Below, in pieces: positions 44,642 to 64,000 of a stretch of 64,000 nt of DNA. The position numbers and the translations under genes were made by a program. Source of the DNA: the human T2T-CHM13v2.0 reference genome, Homo sapiens; the NCBI RefSeq assembly GCF_009914755.1, contig NC_060928.1; one strand, given 5' to 3'. The notes beneath the pieces are model-generated. The model made no database searches. It was not told the DNA's origin and was given only the letters and a program-made list of their open reading frames with translations. Numbering within the stretch: the stretch's first letter is position 1; every line of letters starts with the position of its first letter.

Positions 44642-45052
44642 AAGCTACGGATTTGGGATAGCAAAAGTAGTTCTACTTTTAAGGGAGTGGCCATATAATT
44701 GTTATTTTCATAGATGTTTTGTGAGAATAGTTGGCACTGAAGGGGGAGGATTCAAACTGAGAGAGCTGAGTTCTAGAAAGCACCTTTGAATTTACCTCCT
44801 TCCCCCAATCTAGAATAGTGAGAATTAACTTACGTTCATTTAAATAAATTACATTTAAATATTTGAGTTACATTTAAATACTTATTTGGTAACAAGATAC
44901 TATCTAGCATTGCATTAGCATTAACCATTAACATTTGCTCATCAAGTTAATAGCTACTGTACTGAATAAACAAAATTTAAAATGCATGTGGCTTTTAAAA
45001 ATAATAGACTTTTAAAAATAAATAATATAGAATAATTCAGTATTATTATTGA

Positions 45053-45159
45053 GTGCTCGCTTCGGCAGCACATATACTAAAATTGGAATGATAGGGAGAA
45101 GATTACCATGGCCCCTGTGCAAGAATGACTCGCAAATTCGTGAAGCGTTCCATATTTTT
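45053..45159 (+). pseudogene. Full-length U6 snRNA retropseudogene in OSTC intron 1
   Basis: GTGCTCGCTTCGGCAGCACATATAC...CCATATTTTT with about 7 substitutions, including ACAGAGA>AGGGAGA and AGC triad>ACC; no PSE seen upstream. Confidence 0.95.
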
Positions 45160-45659
45160 GCACAGTTCACGAAGGTCGTTGGACAAAAAAAAAGTCATTA
45201 TTCAATAATAATAATGAATAATGCTAGTTTCTTTCCTGTAACTCTTACTTCCCTTGGAGTCGGATTCTTTGCGAGAAGCCTCAGTTTTCTTTGTGGCCCT
45301 CTTTTTTCTCCTGTTGATTATTGTAATGGGGAGATTCTTTGTCCCAACCATTGGGGGAAAGTGGAAAGGATGCTTTTTAGTGGCCAGGTCTATGAGGTAT
45401 CTTGTATGATGAATTGGTTTTGCCACTGGAAGGGAAGAAGTCTCTTCTAAAAACTGAGTGCACCTTTATAAATAAACTATTTGTTGCTGACAAATAGTCA
45501 GCAAATAGATACTGAGTCCCGTTAAGTTTCAGGCACTAGGTACTGGAGATAATAGAACAAAACATAAGGACCCTGACCTCCTGAAGCTTATAATGTCATA
45601 GATGAGACATATTAAATGTCACTTAATTTTTTTGTCCATTAAAAATGTTCACAAAAACA

Positions 45660-47720
<2,061 letters not shown>

Positions 47721-48070
47721 TGCCATTCTGCCTGATGGCGTGGTTTTAAAATGTCTCCTTGTTTTACATTTAAGCAATTTCTCTAGTTATTTTTCAATTT
47801 ATAGAAACAAATCTAAGCATATCTGAGACAATTTTTGTGAACCGAAGTAGAGCCTTTAGTTTTAAATCCCCTTTATACTAAAGTCATTCCTGAGTATTAG
47901 CAACTCTTATTGGATGAATTTCCTTTATGAAATTTGTACTTCATTTAGATATCATACAGTTTTCAAAGTAATTCTAAAACATTGAGTTGAATGTCTGAAT
48001 GATTTATCAGAACTTTAGATGAGTTGGGCCACATTTGGTTATAATAATACAATCAAAGCATTCCTATTTA

Positions 48071-48381
<311 letters not shown>

Positions 48382-48471
48382 GTAAATGAACCTTAAGAGA
48401 CAATGAAAACTATAATCCTGTTTTCAAAAATTAGTAATACAATCTAATCTGTTCTGTTGTCTTTCTTATAG

Positions 48472-48565
48472 GAATAATTTATGATGTTATTGTTGAACCT
48501 CCAAGTGTCGGTTCTATGACTGATGAACATGGGCATCAGAGGCCAGTAGCTTTCTTGGCCTACAG
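48472..48565 (+). CDS. OSTC: OSTC exon 2
   Basis: ttatag acceptor; (G)[30 protein letters not shown](R); donor gtaaaa at 48566. Confidence 0.97.
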
Positions 48566-49732
48566 GTAAAAGATACCTTTTTGAATGATTTGGTTGTGGG
48601 AAAGAAGGTTGCTGTGGTATGCCCACTTATTTAAAAATAGAGTAAAACCTATGGGATCCATGTGTATTTAGACAACAGCTGTTTTAAAATGCTGGATTCT
48701 GAAATGGCAGAAAGTGAGTCAAAAACAAGAGTATATTATTTATTTATTAAGAAATAAAGTATTTCATAATGATGTATCACCAATTTACAGTAGGGTGTCA
48801 GTTTAAACTACATTTATAGATTGTTCTGGGGGTCAGTGAACTATAGCTGCTTTTTTTTTCTTTTCCCCAAAAAAGTTTTATTGGAAGTAAGTATGCCCAT
48901 GTGTTTTATATGATCTATGGCTGCTTTTAAGCTAGAGTGGCTGAGCTGAATAAGTATGACACAAACCATATACCCCGCAAGCCTAAGATATTTACTATAT
49001 GGGTATTTAAGAAAATATTTTTGGACTATACCCTGGTCTATACCATTAAATAACAAAAGTATTTTTGAGACTTTGAGGGTTCTGTTTCATCAGTGAAACC
49101 CCGTTCCAGTGTGGTTTTGTTCACCTGAACAATGCTTATATTGCTTTCTAAAATTTACTTGATAAATATCTACCAAAACATAGCTATATGTTTATATTTG
49201 CAGTAATGCTATTTATGCATAGAATATTTCTGGAAAGATTTATTAGTATTCTCTGTGGAGGGGAGTTAATGACAGGTTGATGGTAGGGTGGCTTTTCATA
49301 GTGCCCTCTTTCACACTGTTTGAATTTTGAACTTGGTACATATATTGTGTTTTCAATGAAAACAATTGACCAAAAAAAAAAAAAAATACCCTGTTTACAT
49401 ATGCCTATGTATAATCATCCCTTTAACGAGAAATTTTCTTCTTGAGGTCCTTGAACTATGCGAATTTGATAAAAGCTCTGTATCCCTAGAAAAATCACAC
49501 ACACACACACACACTTTTACATATAATTAGAGGGGTTTGTAGTTCACTGAAGTTCTTATGGGACCCATGGAGCCTTATTTAAGAACAGTTTCTTTTTAAA
49601 ATATTTCCATTTGAAACAAGAAGTTTATTATTATTAACATAAAACTTCAAGAAACACATCTAACCAATTCAAAATTAGTTTGAATTGATAGTAGAAATTT
49701 AAATAGCATAACTTTTTAAAAAAAGCTAACCT

Positions 49733-49993
49733 AGACCGGGCGCAGTGGCTCACGCCTGTAATCCCAGCACTTTGGGAGGCCGAGATGGGCGGATCACGAG
49801 GTCAGGAGATTGGGACTATCCTGGCTAACCCGGTGAAACCCTGTCTCCACTAAAAATACAAAAAATTAGCCAGGCGTGGTGGCACGCGCCTGTAGTCCCA
49901 GTGATCTGGGAGGTGGAGGTTGCAGTGAGCCGAGATCGTGCCACAGCACTCCAGCCTGGGCGACAGCAAGACTCAATCTCAAAAAAAAAAAAA
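49733..49993 (+). mobile_element. AluSc-like with right-arm deletion
   Basis: Alu match; tagtcccag joined almost directly to ctgggaggtggagg. Confidence 0.9.
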
Positions 49994-50300
49994 AGCTAAG
50001 CTAAAGTTCTGGGTAAAGCGTTCGTATACATAAAATATGAGTATTTATTTTACATAAACAGTTGTGTTAGTTGAGGTTTTACGACATTTTTTGAATGTGA
50101 ACTCCATGAAGACAAAGATTTTTGTCTGTTTTATTCATTGTTGTATATCCCCCAGAACCTAAAACAGTGCTTGCTACCTAATAGACTCAATAAATATCTG
50201 TTGAATGGACAGATGAATATCCAGAGGCATAGTAAAATAGTTGTAAGGCTAAGAATAAGAAATATAGCACAAAAATGTTTTGGCACAAAAACGGAAATAG

Positions 50301-50564
<264 letters not shown>

Positions 50565-50743
50565 TAAGTTATTTGTGTAATCAGCACCTTATGTTGCAAA
50601 TTGGTAAAATGATTACCTGGAAAATGTAAAGTCATAGGACATTTAATTTAACTTTCATTTACATGGGTGAAAAATCCAGAAACCAAATATATTTGTAACT
50701 TGGTCAGGTTACAGCTATAGTTAATAAAAATTGAAACTAATAG

Positions 50744-54849
<4,106 letters not shown>

Positions 54850-56142
54850 AAAAGCAGAATCTTAAAAAAAATAAAAATAAAAGGTGGCCTGTGGTGGCGT
54901 GGTAATGCCCTAAAGTCAGGTGAGGTGTTCAATTGGAGATGGAGGGATGGGTTCCTACATTCAGGCAAGTCTGTTATAAAGCTGTATAAAACTACTTGAA
55001 ATAGATACTATCAGATAATTGAGGACAAAAGGTCTGCCTTATTTCAGCTGGCAAAAATGGCTTTTTAGCAATTTCACCTAGTGTTTATTAAGCTTGAGAA
55101 GAAAAGCTAAGGATCTTCTGGATAAATCCTGAGATCATGGGATCAGTTCAGAAAACAAGTTCTCTTAAAGGGAGAAAGGAATAAAAAATATGAATGTAAT
55201 AATATTTAAACTAACATCATTTAGGGAATGATATGCTGCATATATGTGATTCCATGTAATTGAAAATACATAAATACTAAAACATTGTATTCATTTTCGA
55301 CAGACCCTCTTTCTAAAGCGTTTGTTGTGTTGTATTACACGTTAACACTCATATTTGTATGTAGCAAATATTTATTTGATAACTGTTACTTGCTGGACAC
55401 TGAGATTAAACATAATTTAACCTTCTCCACTGAGGTCATTTTACATTTCTGTTATGCATAGTACTACTTTTCAGTTTTGTTGATTTCACTGGCTTGTCAC
55501 TTGTCATGGTGATCAGTATATACCTATTGTAATTTCATCCTTTCCCTCTTCTTCTTTTCAGTTTGCTGGTTATTCTATGGCTTGAGGGAATAGATAACCT
55601 AGCTATTAATTACCTTTTAAATCAGTTCTGGCTGAAGGAGAGCTTAATGGCTTGGCTTTGTAACCATACTTTCAGATGTTTGAGAATCTCTTTCATTTCC
55701 TTCCAGATTTGGAGCTATATTTTAGAGAGTTAAGGCTGTAGAGAAACTAGCAGCTGGATTGTTTCAGCGACTAAAAAGCTGATATCCGAGGTTCATTTTT
55801 AGCAAATAAGGGACGTAATTCATTCTAAAGAAACAAAACATTTGTACAGCTGCTGAGGACAATGTGTAGTAGAGAGGGTGAGGAATTTGGAGTCCAGTTT
55901 TGGCCTGCCACTTAATAGCTCTGAGACTTTGGATTAGTTCTGTGAACTCTCTTGGCCTCAGGTTCCAAACCTGTTAAATGAAGTATTAATGTACCTTGGG
56001 GAGTTACAGTTGTCAACATTAAATGAGAAGGTGTGCTCTCAATCATAATGTAAGTGTTAATCAATGTCAGTGTTTTCATTCTAAAGATAGAGTCCTAAAA
56101 GTTCTGTTTCAAGTTAGATTATGGCCACAGTTTCAAAAATAA

Positions 56143-56453
<311 letters not shown>

Positions 56454-57536
56454 TGAATAAACCATTACTGTTTCTAAAAGAAGAAAGTGAGGTTTCCATT
56501 TCTAGGACCATTGGAGTGGGTAGTAGACCAGGAGTGAGGAGACTTGTGTTTTAATGCTGGTTTTGTTCTTTTCTGGCCTTGTGATTTTTGAGCAAACGAC
56601 TTAATTGCTGTCACACTCTTCATCTGTAAAATGAGACTAATCCTTGTTTCACACACCTTTTTAAGATTGTTGCAAGGGTTAAATGCAATAATGAATGTGG
56701 TAGTGTTTTGAGAAGCTTCTATTAGTGCTAAGCTAGCACAGTGCTTGCCTTAATATACAGAGGCACTGAGTGATTATTGAAAGAATGGCCTTAAAGATTA
56801 AATAGAAGGTCCTTCATGGTGGCTTCTCCTGTCTCTAGTTGGTTTTTGAGTTCTTGATTTACTTTTTATTGTATTTATCTACGGTTTTACTTATGTAAAA
56901 TTCTCACAGGCCTGAATATAAGATTATGAAATTTTCTGGGTCAAGAGAGGGGGCTAAATGATTGAGTATATATTATAGTAAGTGTATTTCAACAATTTTA
57001 TTTTTATTTCTTACCAAGAAGTATAGTAATGTATTTGTTCTTCTTTTCTTTTTTCTCACATGGTATCGTTATAACATTATAATATTTCTTAGTATCTCCC
57101 AAATTGTCCTTAAGGTAAAACTATTTTAAGTTTGGCAGCTTTGAACAGGACATGTCTATTTAAATATTCTTTTCTATCTAAATATAGGTTGACAAGCATG
57201 GGTCACCCACTAGTTACAAGGAAGGATACCATAATATATAGCTATATTAAGAGATAGAGTACAAAGTGTATATTCACATATAGGTATATGCAAATGACAA
57301 GAAGTTACTCCTAATGAGTCTTTAGTACTCTTGTTTCATAGTGTAAGCTAGCTGTTGGGTAACTTCTACTACAGAGTGCAGATATTAGTGGATGCTTGCT
57401 TAAAATCTTCTTGAACCTTTTTTTTTTTTCTTGTGAAGCTTATGTTTTAAAGTATCCTTTTTGTGACACATCAGGCATTATAGCAAATTTATGTGAGGTC
57501 TTTAAATTCAATGTATATATCCAAAGAACCTTTTAA

Positions 57537-57665
<129 letters not shown>

Positions 57666-58487
57666 TGAGTAGCTGGGACTACAGGCGTGCACTACCACAC
57701 CCAGGTAATTTTTGTATTTTTAGTAGAGACGGGGTTTCACTGTGTTGGCCAGGATGGTTTCAATCTCTTGACCTCGTGATCCGCCTGCCTCAGCCTCCCA
57801 AAGTGCTGGGATTACAGGCGTGAGCCACTGTGCCCAGCCAAACCTTTTTATTTTTAAATTTTTGTTCAGTTTTGGATTTGGGAGGAGGTGAGAAGTATCT
57901 GGTTGTCAAGGTGGTTGTGTTAGATGAAAGTTCTCTTTACTCAGAGTGTGTGGATTGGCCAGGCTGATATAGCAGAAAGAAGAGTGTGTGAGTTCTAGGT
58001 TGATTGCATTGGCTGAACATAAGTCTAATCATACAGGGAGTCAAGTGAGTTCAGAAGCTGAAAGGGAGGGAAGTCACATTTTTGAGTGTTTGCTGTGTGC
58101 CAAGCACTGGAGGAGACCTCAGTATTGTCAAGTAGTTTTTAAATCTTACGTTACCAGTGAAGAAACTTGGGACTCTAAAAATAGCAGCTAACATTTGTGA
58201 AGTGCATGTAACCATGAGTAGCAATTACTATATGAGTAGATTCTCTTATAATCCTTAAAACCCTTTGAGGTAACTCCATTTTACAGATGAGGAAACTGAG
58301 TGAGGTTTGCCAGGCTCATGCAGTAAGTGGTAGAAGCAGGGTCAAAAGAAGAGGCGTTCTGAAGCCGTCAGTGAGTATAAGGTGTTGTAAACCTTTTTTT
58401 TTTTTTTTTTTTTTGAGACGGATTCTTGCACTGTTGCCCAGGCTGGAGCACGGGGTTTCACCGTGTTAGCCAGGATGTTTTGTTTTG

Positions 58488-58518
<31 letters not shown>

Positions 58519-58533
58519 CTTTTTTTTTTTTGA

Positions 58534-58638
<105 letters not shown>

Positions 58639-59445
58639 TAAGTAGCTGAGATTACAGGCATCTGTCACCACGCCCAGCTAATTTTTGTAGTTTTAGTAGA
58701 GGTGGGTTTTCACCATGTTGGCTAGGCTGGTCTCGAACTCCTGACCTGGTGCTCCACCTACCTCAGCTTCCCAAAGTGCTGGGATTATAGGCATGAGCTA
58801 CCATGCCCAGCCCAACCCTTTCTTAATGTGGATACTTGTACATAATTTTTCCATTTTTTTTTCCTGATCCTGTAGATTCTTAATTAATAATAGACTTTAA
58901 GGGTTTATTGCCAAAGGAAAGGTTTGGAACTTTTATAACACCAGATTTAATGCTTTAATTTAAAGGGGATTTCAGGGCCTAACTTGCACATTTAATAAAA
59001 GGATCTCCTGTTTGACCAGCATGAAGTTTGACCTTACCAGCAGGTACAGCTAAAGCTCCTAACTGTTATCCAGACATTTCCTGAAGTATTAGAGGTTCAG
59101 GGGCAGATGTTTGTGCACACTTTTTTGAAGTCTCAGAGGCTCACCTCCCAGTCCTGAATAGCTTCTGATTCTCCCACTTCTCTTCTGGTAATATTAGAGT
59201 TTTTAGAAATCCAAACCAGTTTCTTTACATAAAAAAAATTTTGATTTTGTTGCACTTCTGAGAGCCTAAAATAGATTGATTCTGACTCTTAACTTTAACT
59301 TTTAGATATCATTTTCTTTTCTTTACTTCCTTTTCTTATTCTGTGTTGTTTGGCATACTGCTTTGTAACTTTAAGAGGGAAGGGCCAGGCGCGGTGGCTC
59401 ACACCTGTAATCCCAGCACTTTGGGAGGCCGAGGTGGATGGCTTA

Positions 59446-60078
<633 letters not shown>

Positions 60079-60203
60079 TTATATTTTTGGATTGTTATTT
60101 GATATATCATAAAATTTGTTTTGGCATTTTGAAATACTATGATAATAAGAGAATATAAAAACAATTCTTTTCACTTTTTGTGCTTATAATTATATTTCTG
60201 CAG

Positions 60204-60222
60204 GGGCTATCTGATGGGTTAG
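60204..60222 (+). CDS. OSTC: OSTC last exon coding part (GYLMG-stop); 3'UTR continues to about 60780
   Basis: ctgcag acceptor; TAG at 60220-60222; exons total 450 nt = 149 aa + stop. Confidence 0.95.
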
Positions 60223-60488
60223 AGTGCCTTTGAGAAGAAATCAGTGGATACTGGATTTGCTCCTGTCAATGAAGTTTTAAAGGCTGTACCAATCCTCTAA
60301 TATGAAATGTGGAAAAGAATGAAGAGCAGCAGTAAAAGAAATATCTAGTGAAAAAACAGGAAGCGTATTGAAGCTTGGACTAGAATTTCTTCTTGGTATT
60401 AAAGAGACAAGTTTATCACAGAATTTTTTTTCCTGCTGGCCTATTGCTATACCAATGATGTTGAGTGGCATTTTCTTTTTAGTTTTTC

Positions 60489-60761
60489 ATTAAAATATAT
60501 TCCATATCTACAACTATAATATCAAATAAAGTGATTATTTTTTACAACCCTCTTAACATTTTTTGGAGATGACATTTCTGATTTTCAGAAATTAACATAA
60601 AATCCAGAAGCAAGATTCCGTAAGCTGAGAACTCTGGACAGTTGATCAGCTTTACCTATGGTGCTTTGCCTTTAACTAGAGTGTGTGATGGTAGATTATT
60701 TCAGATATGTATGTAAAACTGTTTCCTGAACAATAAGATGTATGAACGGAGCAGAAATAAA
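60489..60761 (+). terminator. OSTC tandem polyadenylation signals
   Basis: ATTAAA at 60489, AATAAA at 60525-60530 and AATAAA at 60756-60761, the last followed by a T/GT-rich element. Confidence 0.75.
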
Positions 60762-63719
60762 TACTTTTTCTAATTAATACCTTTTATATTTGTTTTTTAA
60801 CTGACAGTGTTAAGTTTTTGGTCTATTAATCATTCATTCCCACCCATCTTATGACTTTCTTTAGCTACTTTTGGTAGCCTAAGATTTCAAAATATGGTTG
60901 GCAGGATGCCTTGAGAGTTAGCATCTTTATATCCTTGTAAATATTCAAGCACAGGCTGCATATCTATGTCAGAGTTGTCAATGTGAATGTGCTAGATGAG
61001 CACATGTAGAAACATCTCTGGGGCCGGGCGTGGTGGCTCACACCTGTAATCCCAGCACTTTGGGAGGCCGAGGCGGGCGGATCATGAGGTCAGGAGATCG
61101 AGACCATCCTGGCCAACACGGTGAAACCCTGTCTCTACTAAAAATACGAACAAACAAAAACATCTCTGGACCAATCTGGTCTTAATTTCTTCTATCCAGG
61201 CCTTTTGGTTCTCCCTGGCTGGCCATGGGCTTCACTTCTCTGATGGCTCAATTCATTCTTTCCTAAGATCTTCAAGTTTATAGTGAAATTTTCTCTCAAG
61301 TGAGCTTTTTTCCTGCTTATTCCAAGGCTGATTTAATTATAACCATTCTTTAAGTAAAAAAGGACTTATTTATTCAAAAATTCTGAGTACCTTTTTCATG
61401 CTAGGCAGCACTGAGAATGTCATGGTGAGTAAAATGAATAAAGGCTGTGCCCTTATAGAGCTTACATTCTTGTGGGGAATCAGCAGACTTAAAATGTTTT
61501 AAACTGTCAGATACTAGTAAATTCAACAAAGGGGAAAAAAAGCAAGGCAAGTGAAGGTCTGTATTATAGAGAATAATGGGAGAGATGGAGAAAAAGGGTT
61601 GCAGTATTTCCAAAGCCTTGAGAAAGGAAAACAGGACCTATATGCACTTATCAACTTAAAAGACTTGATTCAATAGTAAGAACTTTTTGGTTTGTTTTTT
61701 GTTTTTTGGTTTTTTTTTTTTTTTTTTTTTTTTGGTCATTTGCTGTATTTTAAAACCTCGTTCAAACTAGGTGGACAGGAAGTAACTCATGGGTGATTAT
61801 GGCTTCAAAAGTCTGCTTTTTGTCATATTGATTGAGCAGTGAACAGTTCCTAGTTAAGTACCATAAGATGGTGCTGTTAAGGTTTGTTGTTTTTTTTCTG
61901 TTTCAAAGCTCTTAAGGCTTTTGGGGGGAATAATACACGTATCTTTACCAAATAAAGTGAAATATATTTAAAATAATTATATTTTAGAATATCAATAATA
62001 CAAACTTTTAAATCAATGTGTAAAATGTTTTGCTGGTAAAAGCACAATGATTATGGGAAGAAACAAACTCATTGTACTAGGTTTAAAATGTTTTGGGAAC
62101 ATGAAACCAAAATGTCACAGTCTGAGGGAAAGCGTGCCAAGCATTATTAACATAAAAGAGGTTAAATAGGTGAGAGATTAAGTTTACAGATTAAATTGGA
62201 AATAAATGAATCTTTGTTTTTGTCACAGGAAAGATCCCCCAGGGAGAGGATACTAAAATGTAGCTAGAAGTGCAAAATGTTTTAGTAGAGCTTAACTCCA
62301 GCGAAAGGAGAAGGAAGGGTGCAGAATTAGGGGAAACTGTCAGACAGTGATGCAGAGTTGACAAAGTTGCTGTCAGCCTAGTGGGAGCTTCGGAGCAGAG
62401 ACTCCCTGATAGAGTGGTATGTTAGGCAGAAATGGCTAGACCACTGTCCCACTGCATTGTCAGGTAATTGGCTGGGGATCACCTCACCTGGCCAGAAAGT
62501 TGAGGTAAACTCTGACAAAGCCAATAACGAGGCTATCAGCTAGCCACAGCTGGGTAGCAAGTCTTGCAGCTGGTAGCACGTCCTTTCTTGAGGGGAGATC
62601 TGAGCATCACATCTCTGCCAAAATTTATAAAGAAAACATCCTATTTATAGAATTAAAATGAAGAAATCCTATATAATTTGCTTAGAATGATTATACTGTG
62701 ATTACTTGAACTGCAAAGTTAGAAGTAACTTAGGTGCTCAGTAAATGGTACATTTCTGAAGGGTAAAGTTGGAAGAAAAAGATTATTATTTTTGCTTGAA
62801 TTTTGCTCTGAATAGCAGAGCAGTTGTTCTCATTATGTGCTATTTGCTGGTGCAGAAGATCAGTCTTTGAACATAGTAATAAGAAATATACATTTATTTA
62901 TTCAAAGGAAGGCATGTGCCAGATGCTGGATTACATCAGAATGAGCAAGAAAAATACAGCATCTGTCCAGGTGGAACTTACAGTCTGGTGAATACACACA
63001 AATAGGTAAATTCTCTTTGCTGTAGGAGCAACACCTAAACCCAGATTTGAGGTAAGGGAAGGCTGTAATTTGTTTTTGGAACAATGGGTTACTAATCTGC
63101 TTAAAAGTTTCGAGCACTAATACATGTTTGTCCAAATCTTTTACTCGTTTTTCTTACATACTAAGACTTAATTGCAAGGAAGAGAAACTCAGGCTATCTT
63201 AAAGAGGATAATATGTTATCCTCTGGAGAAACATGATACTAAAGACGAGTGCAGCAGGGAGTACTAGAACGGGGAATGTGGTACTGGAAGGACTCTTGTT
63301 CATTTCTGATATATTGTATGGGTCTGTGTAATGCTTTCCTCTCTATAAAACTGGTCACTTCCAGTTCAGAGTGGTGAGAATCATGACTGCTAACCTATCT
63401 TCATTATTATGCTTGACGCCTTCAGCCACCACAGGGGACATTTCTTTGATTCCATAACAGATTCAAAGTCCAGAAGTGCCAGAGAAAAGACTAGCTGACC
63501 AGTTTGGTTGATGTATTTACCTGGAGTGTTCTTTCATGTTGGAAAATACATTCAAAGAGTTGGGTTAGGTTGTTGGCTTGTGCTTCAGGGTCTGAACAGT
63601 AGAAGCATTAATATGCACCAAGGGATGATAGTACTGGCTTTTCACCATATTTTTTATTTCTTATAACACTGGTAAATTTGCTAAGATGCTTTCATACACC
63701 ATGTGTGTCTTTGGGTTTT

Positions 63720-63980
63720 GTCTTATTTTTAATTATCATGGATACATAAAGATTGTACATATTTATGGGGTCCATGTGATATTTTGATACAAGCATACAA
63801 TGTGTAATGATCAAACCAGGGTAATTGGGGTATCCATTACCTCATGCATTTATCATTGCTTTGCGTTAGGAACATTCCAATTCCACTCTTAGTTACTTTG
63901 AAATATACGATAAATTATTTTTCACTATAGTCACCCTATTGTGCTACAGAACACTAGAGCCATCCTTTTATCTAACAACA
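63720..63980 (-). mobile_element. L1MA-like 3' end
   Basis: gtacatatttatggggtccatgtgatattttgatacaagcatacaatgtgtaatgatcaaa signature. Confidence 0.8.
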
Positions 63981-64000
63981 TATTAATTGAAAAAGGTGTC

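Noticed and set aside
45053-45159. Functional U6 gene
   Set aside because: The ACAGAGA box and AGC triad are mutated, no Pol III upstream elements are seen, and an A tail follows

Overview
Primate genomic DNA, almost certainly human chr4q25. It is AT-rich and dense in Alu, L1, L2, MIR, LTR and DNA-transposon relics. Two complete + strand spliced genes can be rebuilt from the sequence. RPL34 has a 5'TOP start at about 13473 and CDS exons 14868-14932, 15013-15112, 15423-15526 and 18035-18119 (117 aa). OSTC/DC2 has CDS exons 43559-43697, 48472-48565, 50366-50563 and 60204-60222 (149 aa). Also present are a U6 retrocopy in OSTC intron 1, a degraded ERV-L provirus between the genes, and the RPL34 bidirectional promoter. 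Nearly all entries in the ORF track are Alu-derived or chance ORFs. I see no evidence of a new multi-gene system. The most interesting signals are: a local inverted duplication/triplication at 0.6-3.3 kb; an antisense Alu exon that would rewrite the OSTC C-terminus; a U6 copy with a 3' extension flanked by inverted rather than direct repeats; a splice donor overlapping the RPL34 poly(A) site; and a hidden 57-bp duplication in the RPL34 promoter. Repeat family names and boundaries are by eye and approximate.
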